A DNA stretch of 64,000 bases from Lama glama (Eukaryota): positions 87,794,001 to 87,858,000 of the forward strand of contig CM052816.1 of NCBI GenBank assembly GCA_028534125.1. The letters run 5' to 3'. Below the pieces are notes generated by a model. It was not told where the DNA came from. It saw nothing but the letters and a program-made list of their open reading frames with translations, and did no database searches. Within the stretch, counting starts at the first letter, position 1. Every line of letters begins with the position of its first letter. Made by a program: the position numbers and the translations under genes. Positions 1-12,539 of the stretch are shown here, piece after piece.

Positions 1-530
1 GACTCTCTCAGGCCTGTGGTAGTTTCTGGTGCCCATTATCTCGGTGCCAGAGTAAACTGCATTGCACAAACAGCCTTCTCCATGAGAGCAGCTTTCAGAT
101 TTTGCCCCTCATGTGGAGTTTTGCTGGACATGAGCTTCAGTGTTGGTTATCGAAAGGTGAAGCTTCCTAAAGAGAGCCAGAAAGCCCTACAGGCAGAATG
201 CTTAACCCAATTCCACGATCCCCACTGCAGGAAAACTTCCTGTAAGGCGCTGAAATCCACAAGAGGCACTAATTCTGATTCCATTGTGGACCGCATCATA
301 CTGGAAGTTTTAAAGCATTTATGATGTAGTATTAGTACTATTAGTACTAAAACTAATACTAATGGTAATACTAATGGCAGTCTACTAAGACTACAAATAA
401 TAATGATGATAATCACCATCCTATGTCTCAAATAATTTGTGGGTTGTAAATAAGCAATAATAGTATTAAATATTTATCCACTACTAAACTTGGCCTTGGC
501 AGAAGCCAACATTTTTATCCTTTGAGGAAA

Positions 531-566
531 AATATATATTTACATATATATGTATGTGTGTTTGTG

Positions 567-597
<31 letters not shown>

Positions 598-632
598 ATA
601 TATATAAGGTTATATATATATATATATATATA
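531..632. repeat. compound (TA)n/(TG)n microsatellite
   Basis: Alternating TA and TG dinucleotide runs read directly. Confidence 0.95.
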
Positions 633-1559
633 AAACCTTAAATATTGATCTTACTTTGTAAATCAGGAAATTCCACTTGAAACTAGTTTTCTGTATTATT
701 CAAAGTAAGATAACTGGTAAATGGAAACGGGGAATTCAAATCCAGCTTGCTTCACTTCAATTTATTTTTCTCTCTCTATCTGTCTATCATCCATCCATCT
801 ATCCACCTAGGTTCCTTCCCCGTTACCTATAGATGATCTGAAGTATTCACACTTCATTCTGTAGTAAGCAACATTTCAAGGAATCATTAAGATATAAAAC
901 TCCCCAGCTTTAAGAGTTTTGCCTTTTCTGTTGACCTTTTCCAGCAGGTTGTTCTATACATGAATAGATCCCTTTAAAAAGAGCTCATAGTGGGCAATCA
1001 ACCCCTGAGCGACTTTCAACTATCCAGCAATGTCAAGGGACCCTGTAGTGAGTACCGTTTCATTTTCAACTTTCATGCGATGCACCAATTCCCAGGTTGA
1101 ATTTTCTAGCACAAGTTATTTTCAATACATTTTGAATTATTTTTGTATTACTAAAACCTAGAAGCTATTACCTGGGGATTGCATTCATATCTTCTGTGTG
1201 AAAAGTGACACATCCGTGACATTTTTAATAGTCATTTAGTTGATATTCTCTCTCAAAGCTATAATAGAAAATGTTTGTTTTTAGTTTGGACCACAGCGAA
1301 CCAATAACTGAAGTATTTGAGGGTAACTGGGGAGAAAATAAGCTTGACATTTTAGAAATTCAAGAAATTATGTAAACAAGCCTAAAGATGAAAAATGATA
1401 TCCTTTTCAAAAGTGGAAATAAAAGGGATTCTGTAAACTAGGGAAAGTGAAGATTGAATCTAATTTAAGGAAAATTTCTAGGATGGCATTTTTTTTTAAG
1501 TACACGTAAGTGTCTAAGACAATGCATTTTTCTTTAAATTTGTATTGATTTTAATTATT

Positions 1560-1790
1560 TTATTTTACTTTTTAAAATTTTATTGAAGTTGGTTTATATG
1601 TGTTAATTTCTGGTGTACAGAAGTGATTCAGGTTCATATATATGTATGTGTGTATATATATATATAAATATATATTCCTTTACATAATCTTTTCCATTAT
1701 AGACTTTTACAAGATATTGAATATAGTTCCCTATGTATATAGTAGGATCTTGCTGTTAAGCCATTTTATATATAGTTAGTATCTGCAAAT
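1560..1790 (-). mobile_element. L1 3' tail fragment, younger cetartiodactyl/camelid type
   Basis: T-rich tail, then tttattgaagt...aatttctggtgtacag...caagatattgaatatagttccct...tagttagtatctgcaaatc, which matches recalled L1 3'UTR ends in antisense. Confidence 0.8.
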
Positions 1791-1799
1791 CGTGAAACT

Positions 1800-2872
1800 T
1801 AGAAGGTTACTTTTCATTTACAGTTATTATAAGATATTAGCTCTATTTCCCATGTTGTACAATATATCCTTGAGCCTATCTTACACCCAGTAATTTGTAC
1901 CTTCCAGTTCCCTACTCCTTCAACAAACTAGTAACAACAGTAACTGCTAGTTTGTTCTCTACATCTATGAGTCTGCTTCTTTTTTTGTTATGTTCACTAG
2001 TTTGTTGTTTTTTAGATTCCACATGTAAGTGGTATCATACGATATTTCTCTTTCTCTGCTTGACTTATTTCACTTGGCATAATGCTCTCCAAGTCCATCT
2101 GTGTTGCTGCAAATGGCAACATTCTTTTATGGCTGAATAGTATTCTGTTGTATCTATATACCACTCCTCTTTCCATTCATCTGCTGATGAACATTTAGGT
2201 TGCCTCCAAATCTTGGCAATTGTAAATACTGCCACTGTGAACATTAGGGTGCAAATTAGTGTTTTTGTTTCTTTGAGATATATACTCAGAAGGGGAATTG
2301 CTGGGTCATATGGTAGTTCTATTTTTAGTTTTTTGAGAAACCTCCATACTGTTTTCCACAGTGGCTGTACCAATTTACATCCTACCAACAATGTACAAGG
2401 CTTCCTTTGTCTCCACATTTTTGCCAACATTTGATATTTGTGTTCTTTTTGATAGTCATTCTGACAAGTGTGAGGTGATATCTCATTGTAGTTTTGATTT
2501 GCATTTTCCTGATAGTTAGGGAGGTTCACCATCTTTTGATGCACCTTTTGGCCATCTGCATTTTCTCTTTGGAAAAATGTCCATTTAGTTCTTCTACTTA
2601 ATTTTTAATTGAATTTTTTTATGTTGAGTTTTATGAGCTATTTATATATGGTGGATATTAATCCCTTATCGATTATATCATTCGCAAACTTTTTCCCCAT
2701 TCAGTAGATTATCTTTTTGTTTTGTCAATGATTTCCTTTGCTGTGCAAAAGCTTTTAAGTTTAATTGGGTCCTTTTTGTTTATTTTTGCTTTTATTTCCT
2801 TAACTTTAGGAGGTGAATCCAAAAAAAATATTGCTGTGATTTATGTCTGAGTGTTCTGCCTATGTTTTCCTG
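1800..2872 (-). mobile_element. 5'-truncated LINE-1 (3'UTR plus decayed ORF2 C-terminus)
   Basis: Minus ORF 2065..2544 contains [26 protein letters not shown]...[12 protein letters not shown]...[13 protein letters not shown], the L1 ORF2p C-terminal region; frame is disrupted. Confidence 0.95.
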
Positions 2873-4329
2873 TGTTGCCTGTGACTGAAACAAATTCTTT
2901 TAAAAACAGAGAGAGATGCTTAATTTTATTTGCTGGAATTTTTTCCTGGACACAAGTTTGTAGAAACAACTCTCAATATGTAAAAGATAAAATTAAAATT
3001 GAGAGGTGGGGCTGGTGTAGCATGAAGGAAATCCTGTCAGAGGCAAAAAAAAAAAGGTGATATTAACATAGAAATATAGAAAAGGGCTATTAAAGGAGTC
3101 TCTTTGTCAAAATGTACTTGACAACAAGGAATGTGATTTCCCCCTTTTCCTTCTTCTATTGCACATCTTTAAGTCTACTTGTGTCAATTTGGAAGCAAGA
3201 AAAAAATTGTAACTAGGAAGATATGAAATGCAAGCAAAAGACCTTTTGAAGTAATGAGTACAGCTGTCCTGTAAGTTTGTAAATAAGGGATAGGCAGTTA
3301 TAGGTTTTCTTTAGTTGAAGGAAAACCATGGTTTCCTTAAGGTCCAGAGTCAGAAATGTTATTAGATGTGCACCAAGTAGGGCAGATTATACACGTTGTA
3401 CCACATGTGCAGCGATCACAGACGTGGGGTGCAAGAGAAAGTCTTTTGTAACGGGTGCCATTCACGTAGCTTTGACAAGGATCTAAATTAAAGGTGCACA
3501 GCAGCAATTACAGGGAAGTCGCACCTCTTTTCATCAATAAAGCCAATGATCAGTTAAAAGTTTTCTGAAAATCACTCGGTTTTACCAAAAGATCATACTG
3601 AGAGCTAGGTGAATGAGAGCTGTCAAATATCCAAAGGACATAAAATGGCAGGATAAAATCAATTTTAGTAATATAGTTGCTTTCTTAATAAAAATGCCTC
3701 TCCAACCAAAATGTATAGGAGACAGTTTTTCTCCTTGTATGTGTGTTTGATTTATATGTAAGAAACATGTTGTGACATTATTTAACTAATTTACCGGTTT
3801 TTATTCAATAGTCACTGCTAATTTTAACTCTTTGTTGTGCCAATAAGCTAAATTAAAGAGTGATTATAATCTTAAAAAAAAAAAGACACAACACATTGGT
3901 CAATAAAACCAATCTTGGCATCAGAAGAACATAACAAGTAGTTCCATTTTACCTTTTTATGTAGTTAGTAGACTACACAACATTAAAATTGCTGTGGTTA
4001 TAAGTCATATCTCAATTTCAGTAAACCTTTGAAAAAATTTCTTTTAATATTCTCTTCAAAAAACAGAGAAATGTGAACTTCTAATACTGCAATTAGTTGG
4101 TTTTAATTGGTTGGGCAAGCATACTGAAAAAGAACCAATTAATGAAATTATAGTGATAAATCTAAGGTTAATGAATAAACTGTATTTAATAGGTTCACAT
4201 TTATTAATGTTAAATAATACATTTAACATTTGTACTAGCAACTTACTTCAGGATGGCAGGACAAGTTCAAGAATGTGCATCTGACATAAGTCTCGTCAGG
4301 AATCTGATTCCTTGGATTTCAGAATTGTA

Positions 4330-4660
4330 ATGCAGAATATAACAGGGCATAAGAGAACTGTCCATATTAAGTCTTAAAAGGACCAACTTGACAACTACAG
4401 GATAGGGAAAGGACTAGTTTAACAGCATTTTCTGTGAAAAAGTGCTACAGGAATTGAGCCATAATTGCAAGCTTAGTGTAAGCTAACAGCATGGTATGAA
4501 TGACAAATTGAAAAAAAAAAAAAAAGACAGTCATTTGAGCAGCATTAATAAAAGAATAATTTAATTGTCAGACTAAGAATGTCATGGACATTTTAACACT
4601 GTCGTCATCACAGCAGTGCTGGAGTATGCTGTTAAATTCAGCATCCTGTTTTATTTTGAA
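4330..4660 (+). mobile_element. ancient L3/CR1 LINE fragment
   Basis: Ordered blocks tgtgaaaaag, caagcttagtgtaagctaacagcatgg, gcagcattaataaaagaat and ctggagtatgctgttaaattc resemble the recalled L3 consensus; highly diverged. Confidence 0.6.
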
Positions 4661-5019
4661 ATTTGTAAATTTCAGAATCGAAATTAGTAAGGACACTGGC
4701 AATTTTAAAATTATGTCAATAAGATAAGTGAACTATCTTGGGAAAGTTCATATTAAAAGTCTTGATAACTTATCCAAGTGACTCTCAGACTATTTTAGTG
4801 AGGAAAAGATGAAACAAATTTGAATTGGGGTGATGCACACACACACATATGTATATATTATCTATTCAGGGATGACATAGCACATTCCCTTGTGAGCTGT
4901 TTGTCCCTGAAGATATCTACGAAGGTCACTAATGTTAATGATACATCTTTACATTTATATGGTATTTTATTCCAGAGTCAAAATAAACCCAGGAAATACA
5001 TGTTGCTTTTCATGCGCCT

Positions 5020-6917
5020 TTTTAAAGCTTATTGAGATATAATTAACAAATAAAACTGTTATATATTTAAAACGTACAATGTGATGATGATATATGTAAA
5101 CATTGTGAAGTGATTCTCACTCACCTCACATGTTTACCTTTATTGGAGGGCAGGAACACTTCTACTCTCTTAGAGAATTTTGATTATACAGTGCAGTATT
5201 ACAGGTACATTCACCAAGTTACACATTAGAACTTCAGATCTTATTCATCCTATAACCAAAAGTTTGTATCTTTTTACCAGTCTCTTCCTATTTCCCCCAG
5301 GCCCTCATCCCCTGGCAACCACCAATTTACTCTATGTTTCTATGAGTTCAACTTTTTTTTTTCAGATGCCACATATAAGTGGTACCATGCAGTATTTGTA
5401 ATTCTCTGTATAGCTTATTTAATTTAGCAATATGTCCACCAGGTTCACCATGTTCTTAAAAATGGAAATTTTCTTTCATTTTTTAGGCTAAATGATATTT
5501 CATTCACATATGTATATGTATATGTGATATATATGTATATCACATATATGTGTGATATATATGTGTATATCACATATATGTGTGATATATGTGTGTATAT
5601 ATGTATATGTATATGACATTTTCCTTATTCATTCTCCATGAATGGATACTTAGGCTGTTTCCATTCATTGGCTATTATAAATAACACTGCCATGAAGATG
5701 GAAATATAGATAAATCCTTCAAGATAATGATTTTATTACATACACCCAGAAGTAAAATAGGTGGATCATATGGTAGTTCTATTTTTAATTTCTTGAGGAA
5801 TCTCCCTACTGTTTTCCATAGTGTCTGTAGCTTTTTACATTTCCACCAACAGTGTACAAGGATTCCCTTTTGTCCATATCTTCAATATTTGTTGTTCCTT
5901 GTCTTTCTGATACATTTTCTAACAGGTGTGAGGTGATATCTCATTGTAGTTTTGATTGTATTTTCCTAATAATCAGTGATGTTGAGCACCTTTTCATGTA
6001 CCTGCTGGATATCTTCTTTGGAAAATGTCTGTTCAGGTCCTTTGCCCATTTTTTAATTGGGTTATTTGTTTTTGCTGTTGGGGTGTGTAAGTTTCTTGTA
6101 TATTTTGGATAATAACCCCTTAACAAATAGGCAGTTGGCAGATATTTTCTTTCAGTCTATAGGTTCCCTTTTTTTGTTGTTGATGGCTTCCTTTGTAGTA
6201 CAGAAGCTTTTTAGTTTTGAAGTGGCCTCACTTGTTTATTGTTGCTTTTGTTGACTTTCCTTTTTGTGTCAAATCCAAAAAGAAATATTGCCAAGACCAG
6301 TGTCAAGGAGATTATAACCTATATTTTCTTTTGGGAGTTTTACTATTTCAGGTCTTATGTTTAAGTTTTTATTCTGTTTTGTGTTCATTTTGTATATGTA
6401 TATCCCATTTCATTCTTTGCATGTGGATATTCAAATTTTTCAACATCTTTTGTTTAACAGAGTGCCCTTTCCCCACTGTACATCCTTGGTGCCTTTGTCA
6501 CAAGTCAATTGACTTTATATGCATCAGTTTATTTCTGGGCTCTCTCTTCCACTTCATTGATTATGCTTCTGTTGTTATGCCAATACCAAACTGTTTTGCT
6601 TACGAGAGCTTGTAATATAGAGTAAAAGCAGGAAATACGATGCCTCCAGCTTTTCTCCTCACTCTCTAAAGACCTCTAAGAGGTGTTTTGTGGTTCCATA
6701 GGAATTTAAATTTTTTTTTTTATTTCTGTGAAAAATGCCATTAAAGTTTATATAGGGATTCCATTGAATCTGCAGATTGCTTTAGATAGTACAGACAACT
6801 TAAAATATCAATTCTTCCAATCCATGAGTACAGAGTATCTTTCCATTTGTTTGTTTTCTTTAATTTCCTTCATTAATGTTTTATAGATTTCAGTGTACAA
6901 ATCTTTTACCTCCTTGG
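5020..6917 (-). mobile_element. LINE-1 3' 1.9 kb (L1MA9/L1MB-like)
   Basis: Starts with the tail ctttattgagatataattaaca; minus ORF 5941..6126 has [17 protein letters not shown]...[11 protein letters not shown] of ORF2p; antisense ORF2 continues to about 6917. Confidence 0.95.
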
Positions 6918-7441
6918 GAAATCATGTAGTCAGACTGTGCCAGGGAAAGACTGTGAGATGGGCATCTTACTGAGCCTTGCTGGGGTAGGAGTGGTGAATG
7001 CTTCTGTGCCCATTAATGACTTTGTTTCTTATAGTACTGTGGGACTGATAAATGCATGTCTCATTGGCTATCAGAGTGAAGTGATTTGGTGGCCCATTCC
7101 TTGGGTGGCAGCCTTAAAAGTTGCTGTGTCAGATGTGTGGCCCAATCCCTTCACTCTTCAGAGAGGAGAGGGAAATTGATTTGTTGTTGTTGTTTGTTTG
7201 TTTGTTTGTTCCTGATTGCATGGCATTTTGCCGGGGGTGGGGATTAAAGGTAGAGTTATGTCTCAGCCTTTCCTACCTGTTTTGATATGGGTATTTTCTC
7301 AGTCACTCCATGTGCAGGAATCACCCAAGTACTTTCAGCATTTGTCTCAAAGGAAATTGTTCCATATGTAACTGTATATCTCATGTCCTTGTTGGGGAGT
7401 GGGTTCAGGAGCCTTCCATATGATCATCTTGGTCCAGAATC
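6918..7441 (-). mobile_element. LINE-1 5' end (5'UTR), probably the same insertion as 5020-6917
   Basis: cattggctatcagag...cccattccttgggtggcagc...cccttcactcttcag and the terminal gggttcaggagccttcc...catcttggtccagaatc resemble recalled L1MA9/L1M3-type 5' ends in antisense. Confidence 0.7.
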
Positions 7442-8420
7442 TGAATGTAATTTCATGCTTATTTTTAAATGAAGTCTTTGGGTATGAAAATTTAAGCCAT
7501 TTTCCCGTGGTGACATATCCAGTAAGCAGCTGAATTTTGCCTTCCTTATCTATCACTCTCCCTTGCTAGTGCACGGCTTCATAGCTGCGTAACTGTCAGC
7601 TCTGTGTAATTGTTGCTGTAGGTTGAATCTGAGTCTCACACTACCTTAGAATCCAACAGTGAATTAAAATATTTTTACTTTTATTATAGATTAAGTGGCC
7701 AAATGAATTTCATTATTGATTTTCAGATTAATCATTACATTAATATTTTCCTTCCTTTATTATTGATCCACATACAAATTAGTCATGATATATGACATTT
7801 TCATTATTGGAGTAAAAACCAATAATTTGTTTTCAATTTTTTTTCTAAAGTGTCCAAAATAAGGTTATATATAGTGTAGAGATTTAAAATGATTGTTATG
7901 TATAATACAACAAGAAAACAAACATTAATTCCTTGGGGCTTATAAAAATAATTGAAAATGTATATGGTAATTGTATATTTGTGAATCAGCTCTCTTGATG
8001 TTAAGGACCAGAGGCCCAAGTTTTGCTTATGACAAGGCAATTAGTTTTGGATGTCTTCCTCTAGACATTTGTCACCACTATAATATATTAGAACTTTATT
8101 TCCTTCAAGTGGAAGACCGTAATCCATTTTTCAAGCCCTTCAAGTTGTTTCTCAGGTGATTTCTTACATATGGTTTATCCCAAAGTAAACTTGCTTTGGA
8201 TATTTACTGAATATGTAGAGTTTCAGCTTGTTATCTACTTAAATGAAACAAAGATGCAGAATATTTAGGAGAAAATTACCCTACAACATATGGCATGGTA
8301 AATTGAGCAATTAACCCTAGATTTTGATGTTGAGAGATTACTATTGATGGATATTCCTAAAAAATTGGGAGTCATTGTCAATCATGTCTAAGATATGCTT
8401 TAAAAAGACTGGAAACATTT

Positions 8421-8425
8421 ATGTA

Positions 8426-8523
<98 letters not shown>

Positions 8524-8530
8524 CATGTAT
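8421..8530. repeat. (TG)n plus (TATATG)n microsatellite
   Basis: About 110 bp of alternating purine-pyrimidine sequence; explains the CVCV/MYMY and YTYT/HTHI ORFs. Confidence 0.97.
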
Positions 8531-10527
8531 ATTTAGGCTTTCAACTGACCTGTAGCAAGTCTCACCAAGAAAGAGAGGTGTGCAGCTTCTTTCTCCTCTC
8601 ATTGCCCTTTATTCTTTGGTGTGTATGTGTATTATATTTTCACTTTAAACCAGTTTCTGAGATTTATTTTTGTCTGACTGAAACTTCTTAAAATAATTCT
8701 GATAGATGGAGGAGTGAAAGCATATAGTAAACTTCCCATTATTAATCTATACCCTACCTTGAAAATACTAGGAGATGTACAAGTTAGATGAAACTCTGAA
8801 ATAGCAAGGTTGTTTCCTGAAGTCTTGAGAACAAACAATAACAAATTTTAATAAATGCTGTGGAATTTTTTAAGTCCTAGCTTCCTACAGGATTTAAAAA
8901 GAGATGATGTATTAATAACATCACTCAAATCTCTGATAAATATTGTAGGGTTTCCTAGTGTTATATAGCAGTTCTGATCTATTTATGATACAGTAGTAAG
9001 AAGAAGAAGAACAATTCTCTTCTTCCCTCTCCCCATCTCCAGCTCCCAAACTCAGCAACAGTCCCTCTGTCTCTGTAGACTGAAAAGATCCAAAGAAGAA
9101 AATGCTAAGGTTACACGAAGCATCCTAGGCTTTGGTTCTTGATTCTACAAAGAGGTGTGATTGTCTTACAGTGAAAATATCTTATCAATAAGTTTGTTAC
9201 ATGAATAATGGTAAAAGCTGTGTGACAAACAAGTTTTATCTAAAATTTTGCCTCACCAATGTTGTTCAGGATATTCATTGCCTCAACTTAGCACACCTCA
9301 CTGCTGCTTACTGAAGCAGCCACAGGGAGACAAATCAGTAGTAACTGTTACAACAGCAAGCCGACACCTACTCTTAGACGTGTTTATCATCATGACGTTC
9401 TATCCTGGGTTCACAATGAAAATCATGTGTTTTTGCTGTTATCACATCTTAATATGTTCAGCACCATCTTCTCTACTAGAAGCACAAAGGGCATTTCTTA
9501 TATTTTAGTTTTGCTAGTTCTAAAGCATACTTCTTCATCTTTTCAGTAACTACTCAAATATAACATAGCCTCTAAGTCTGGTCATTCTCTATGTTGAAGA
9601 ACGATCTGTTTGTTTTCATGGACAGAGATGGAGATACTATAAATTCTGATTATTAAGAAATTAAGCAATTCTTTAAAAAAGAACAATTTATATTTGAAGC
9701 TCAGAAAGTATATAGGCTGTAGTAAGACTTATCCACACAGATTAATAGAATGTTTTTAGATCAGCAAATCAGATGATAAGCTGCATGGAAATCTAGACTC
9801 AAAACTTAACCACAGATAAAAAACATTCATATCACAATTATAAGGAAACCAAGGAACTGACTATAAGACTACAACAGATTCTGAGTAATGGTTTTCTTGG
9901 AAAATTGTAGATATTTTTCTTCAGTATCCTGTCATTCTGCAGAGTAAATGAAACAGACACTTGGCCTTCAGTAAATTGAGATGGAAAAGCTTTCAGAGAT
10001 ATTTACTGTTAGCTTCTACAGTAGTTTGAAATATTTTAGAATACTTTACAGGACTAAGTATGATAACGAAATAGATTATTTATTGTCTGTAGAATATTTA
10101 CTGAGTTTCTCAAAACAGCCTTGTAAGCATTCAGTAAATATTTGGCAATAAATGAGTGAAAAAGAAAATAGGTGAGTAACTACAAATAAATAAAGATCCT
10201 TGGAAGAGAATTTTCTAGTTATAAAATTCACTAGAGTTTGAAAACCAGTCTTTTCAGAAAATATTATTGAAGATACCATCCTATGGGGCTAAAAACAAAA
10301 ACAAAAACACCTAGGTTTGATAACTTAGGAAAGGCTTAGGGAAAAAGCACATTTCTTTAAAATGTCTAATGCTTAATAAACATGTAAATGGTCAAATACC
10401 CCCAAATAATTTACTTAAAAGACACTCTATAAAAATATTAAAATTCTCTAGAGTAAATTCATTTTAACATCTTTCTTTATTGTGTTTAAAAGAGGATATT
10501 TGAACAGATTCTTTAAATACACACACA

Positions 10528-11145
10528 AATAACCAAGACATAGCAACAACCTAAATGTCCATCAATAGATGAATGGATAAAGAAGATGTGGTCCATATAC
10601 ACAATGGAATACTACTCAGCCATAAAAAATAATGAAATAATACAATTTGCAGCGACATGGATGGACCTATAGATTATTGTACTAAGTGAAGTAAGTCAGA
10701 AAGAGAAAGACAAATACTATATGATAGCACTCATATGTGGAATCTAAAATATGATGCATGTGAACTTATTTATGAAGTAGAAATGGATGCACAGACTTAG
10801 AAAACAAACTTATGGTTACCAGGAGGGAAGAGGGGTAGAGGAGGGATAAATTAAGAGTTTGGGATTAGTAGATACAAATTATTATGTATAAAATAAACAA
10901 CAAGGTCCTACTTTACAGCACACAGAACTATATTCAATATTCTATAATAAACCACAATGGAAAAAAATATGAAAAATTTTATATATATATATTATATTAT
11001 ATTATATTATATTATATATATTATATTATATTATATATATATATAATAACATATATACACATGTATAATTGAATCACTTTGCTATACACCAGAAACTAAC
11101 ACAAATGGAAAATCAATTGTACTTCAGCAAGAGAATAAAAATAAA
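10528..11145 (+). mobile_element. 5'-truncated LINE-1 3' end in sense orientation, with an internal (TA)/(TATAT) expansion
   Basis: caacctaaatgtccatcaatagatgaatggataaagaagatgtgg...gaatactactcagccataaaaa...aagtcagaaagagaaagacaaatac, ending in an A-rich tail near 11130-11145. Confidence 0.95.
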
Positions 11146-11679
11146 TTCATACACATACATACTCATGCACATATTCATATATGTGGAGAATATAAATGAT
11201 AAATAATTATGACAGAAATTAAAACCTTAAGAAATTCTAAAACATTGTTAAGAAATATGTATGTACATATGTTAAAAAATATATATATAATGTCTATCTG
11301 TCAGTCTTCTGCTCTTTATTTTAAATGAAAAATTAATATTGGGTAATATTCTGATACTGGCCATTTGCTTTCTTTCATCTGTTTTTTGAGGACCTTACAG
11401 AGGCTTGTGAATTTTATTCACTGAAATCATTTAATTATATTTTCACTTTTCAAATGAAGTAAAGCCAGATGATGTTTTTTATAGTCTTACTTTTATTTAC
11501 CTTATTCATTACTTTGCATGCTCTCTGGATCCAATTTCTTTCAAGATTATGCTTTTTAACAATCCCTTTTTCCTGAATCATTGGCTTCATCTCTCCCTTC
11601 GTCTCACTCTATAAATCAGCTCAATTATTTTTTAAAGAAAAACAAACAAAACCCACCAAAAATCAAACATTTATAAGCA

Positions 11680-11860
11680 TAAGTAATAGTTATCTGAGTA
11701 CTTACTATGCATCAAGCATTTAACTTGAATTAAACCCCTTGACCTTCACAGCAATCCTATGAAATAAGTATGATATTACCCTCCTTGACCAATAAAGTCA
11801 TTGAAATACAAGGCTTACAAAACTAAAAGTTCTCAGAGCTAGGATTTAAATCTAGGCTCA
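11680..11860 (-). mobile_element. MIR SINE
   Basis: tgagtacttactatgcatcaagca...cacagcaatcctatgaaataagta...cagagctaggatttaaatctagg resembles antisense MIR. Confidence 0.7.
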
Positions 11861-11964
11861 GGTGCATTTTCTGCTTATTGAGTCCCTTAGTTGCACTGTC
11901 CTCAGTGCACAAAATCAAACAAACATACAAAACAAAAAAAAGTATACAAGATTCCTTTCCAGAC

Positions 11965-12345
11965 TGTGTTATTTTTATACTGCAGTATAAAATTTTACCA
12001 CAAACTTAGAGATTTAAAATAAAAAAAAACATTATTATGTCATAGTTTCCATGGGTCAGAAGTCTGGACCTAGCTTGGTTGGTTTCTCTGCACAGGAATC
12101 AGTAGGCTGCAATGAAAGTGTCACAGGACTTTCTTTTATCAAACGCTATATCCTCTTCCAAGTTTATATGGTTGTTGGAAGATTTTAGTTCCTTGCAGTT
12201 GCAGGGCTGAGGCCACCACTTTCTTGCCGGCTATCAGCTGAGGGTTGCCCTATGCTCCTGAAGGCCTTATTACTCCATTACTTCTCTTACATATGGTCCT
12301 CCACAAGCCTTTCTCACAATATGGCAGCTTATTCCTTCCAACCTT
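11965..12345 (-). mobile_element. MaLR LTR (MLT1E/F-like), partial
   Basis: taccacaaacttag...catagtttccatgggtcagaagtctgg...ggttgttggaagattttagttccttgcagttgcagggctgagg are typical antisense MLT1 blocks. Confidence 0.75.
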
Positions 12346-12539
12346 CCTTATCCCCCAAAGTTTTGTGCTTTCTTGTTTCTTTCTTAGCCCAGCCTCTTAA
12401 AGGAAGGGCCACTATTTGCAGCCTTGAACTTCTTCGGCCTTCTATGAGTTTCATCCTGTTTAACTCTAATCCCTACTCTCAGTTTGGGAGCATGTCCTAT
12501 TTTGCTTTTAACCTACATTCTGTTTAACCTCTGCTAGTA

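Noticed and set aside
1490..1511. 5-nt microexon tttttttttaag|tacac|gtaagt
   Set aside because: Frame-shifting length, AAG acceptor and no other support; expected by chance.
2065..2544. 159-aa minus ORF as a host gene
   Set aside because: It is a frameshifted L1 ORF2p C-terminal remnant.
8378..8691. Repetitive peptides (YTYT, CVCV, MYMY)
   Set aside because: Translations of a microsatellite.
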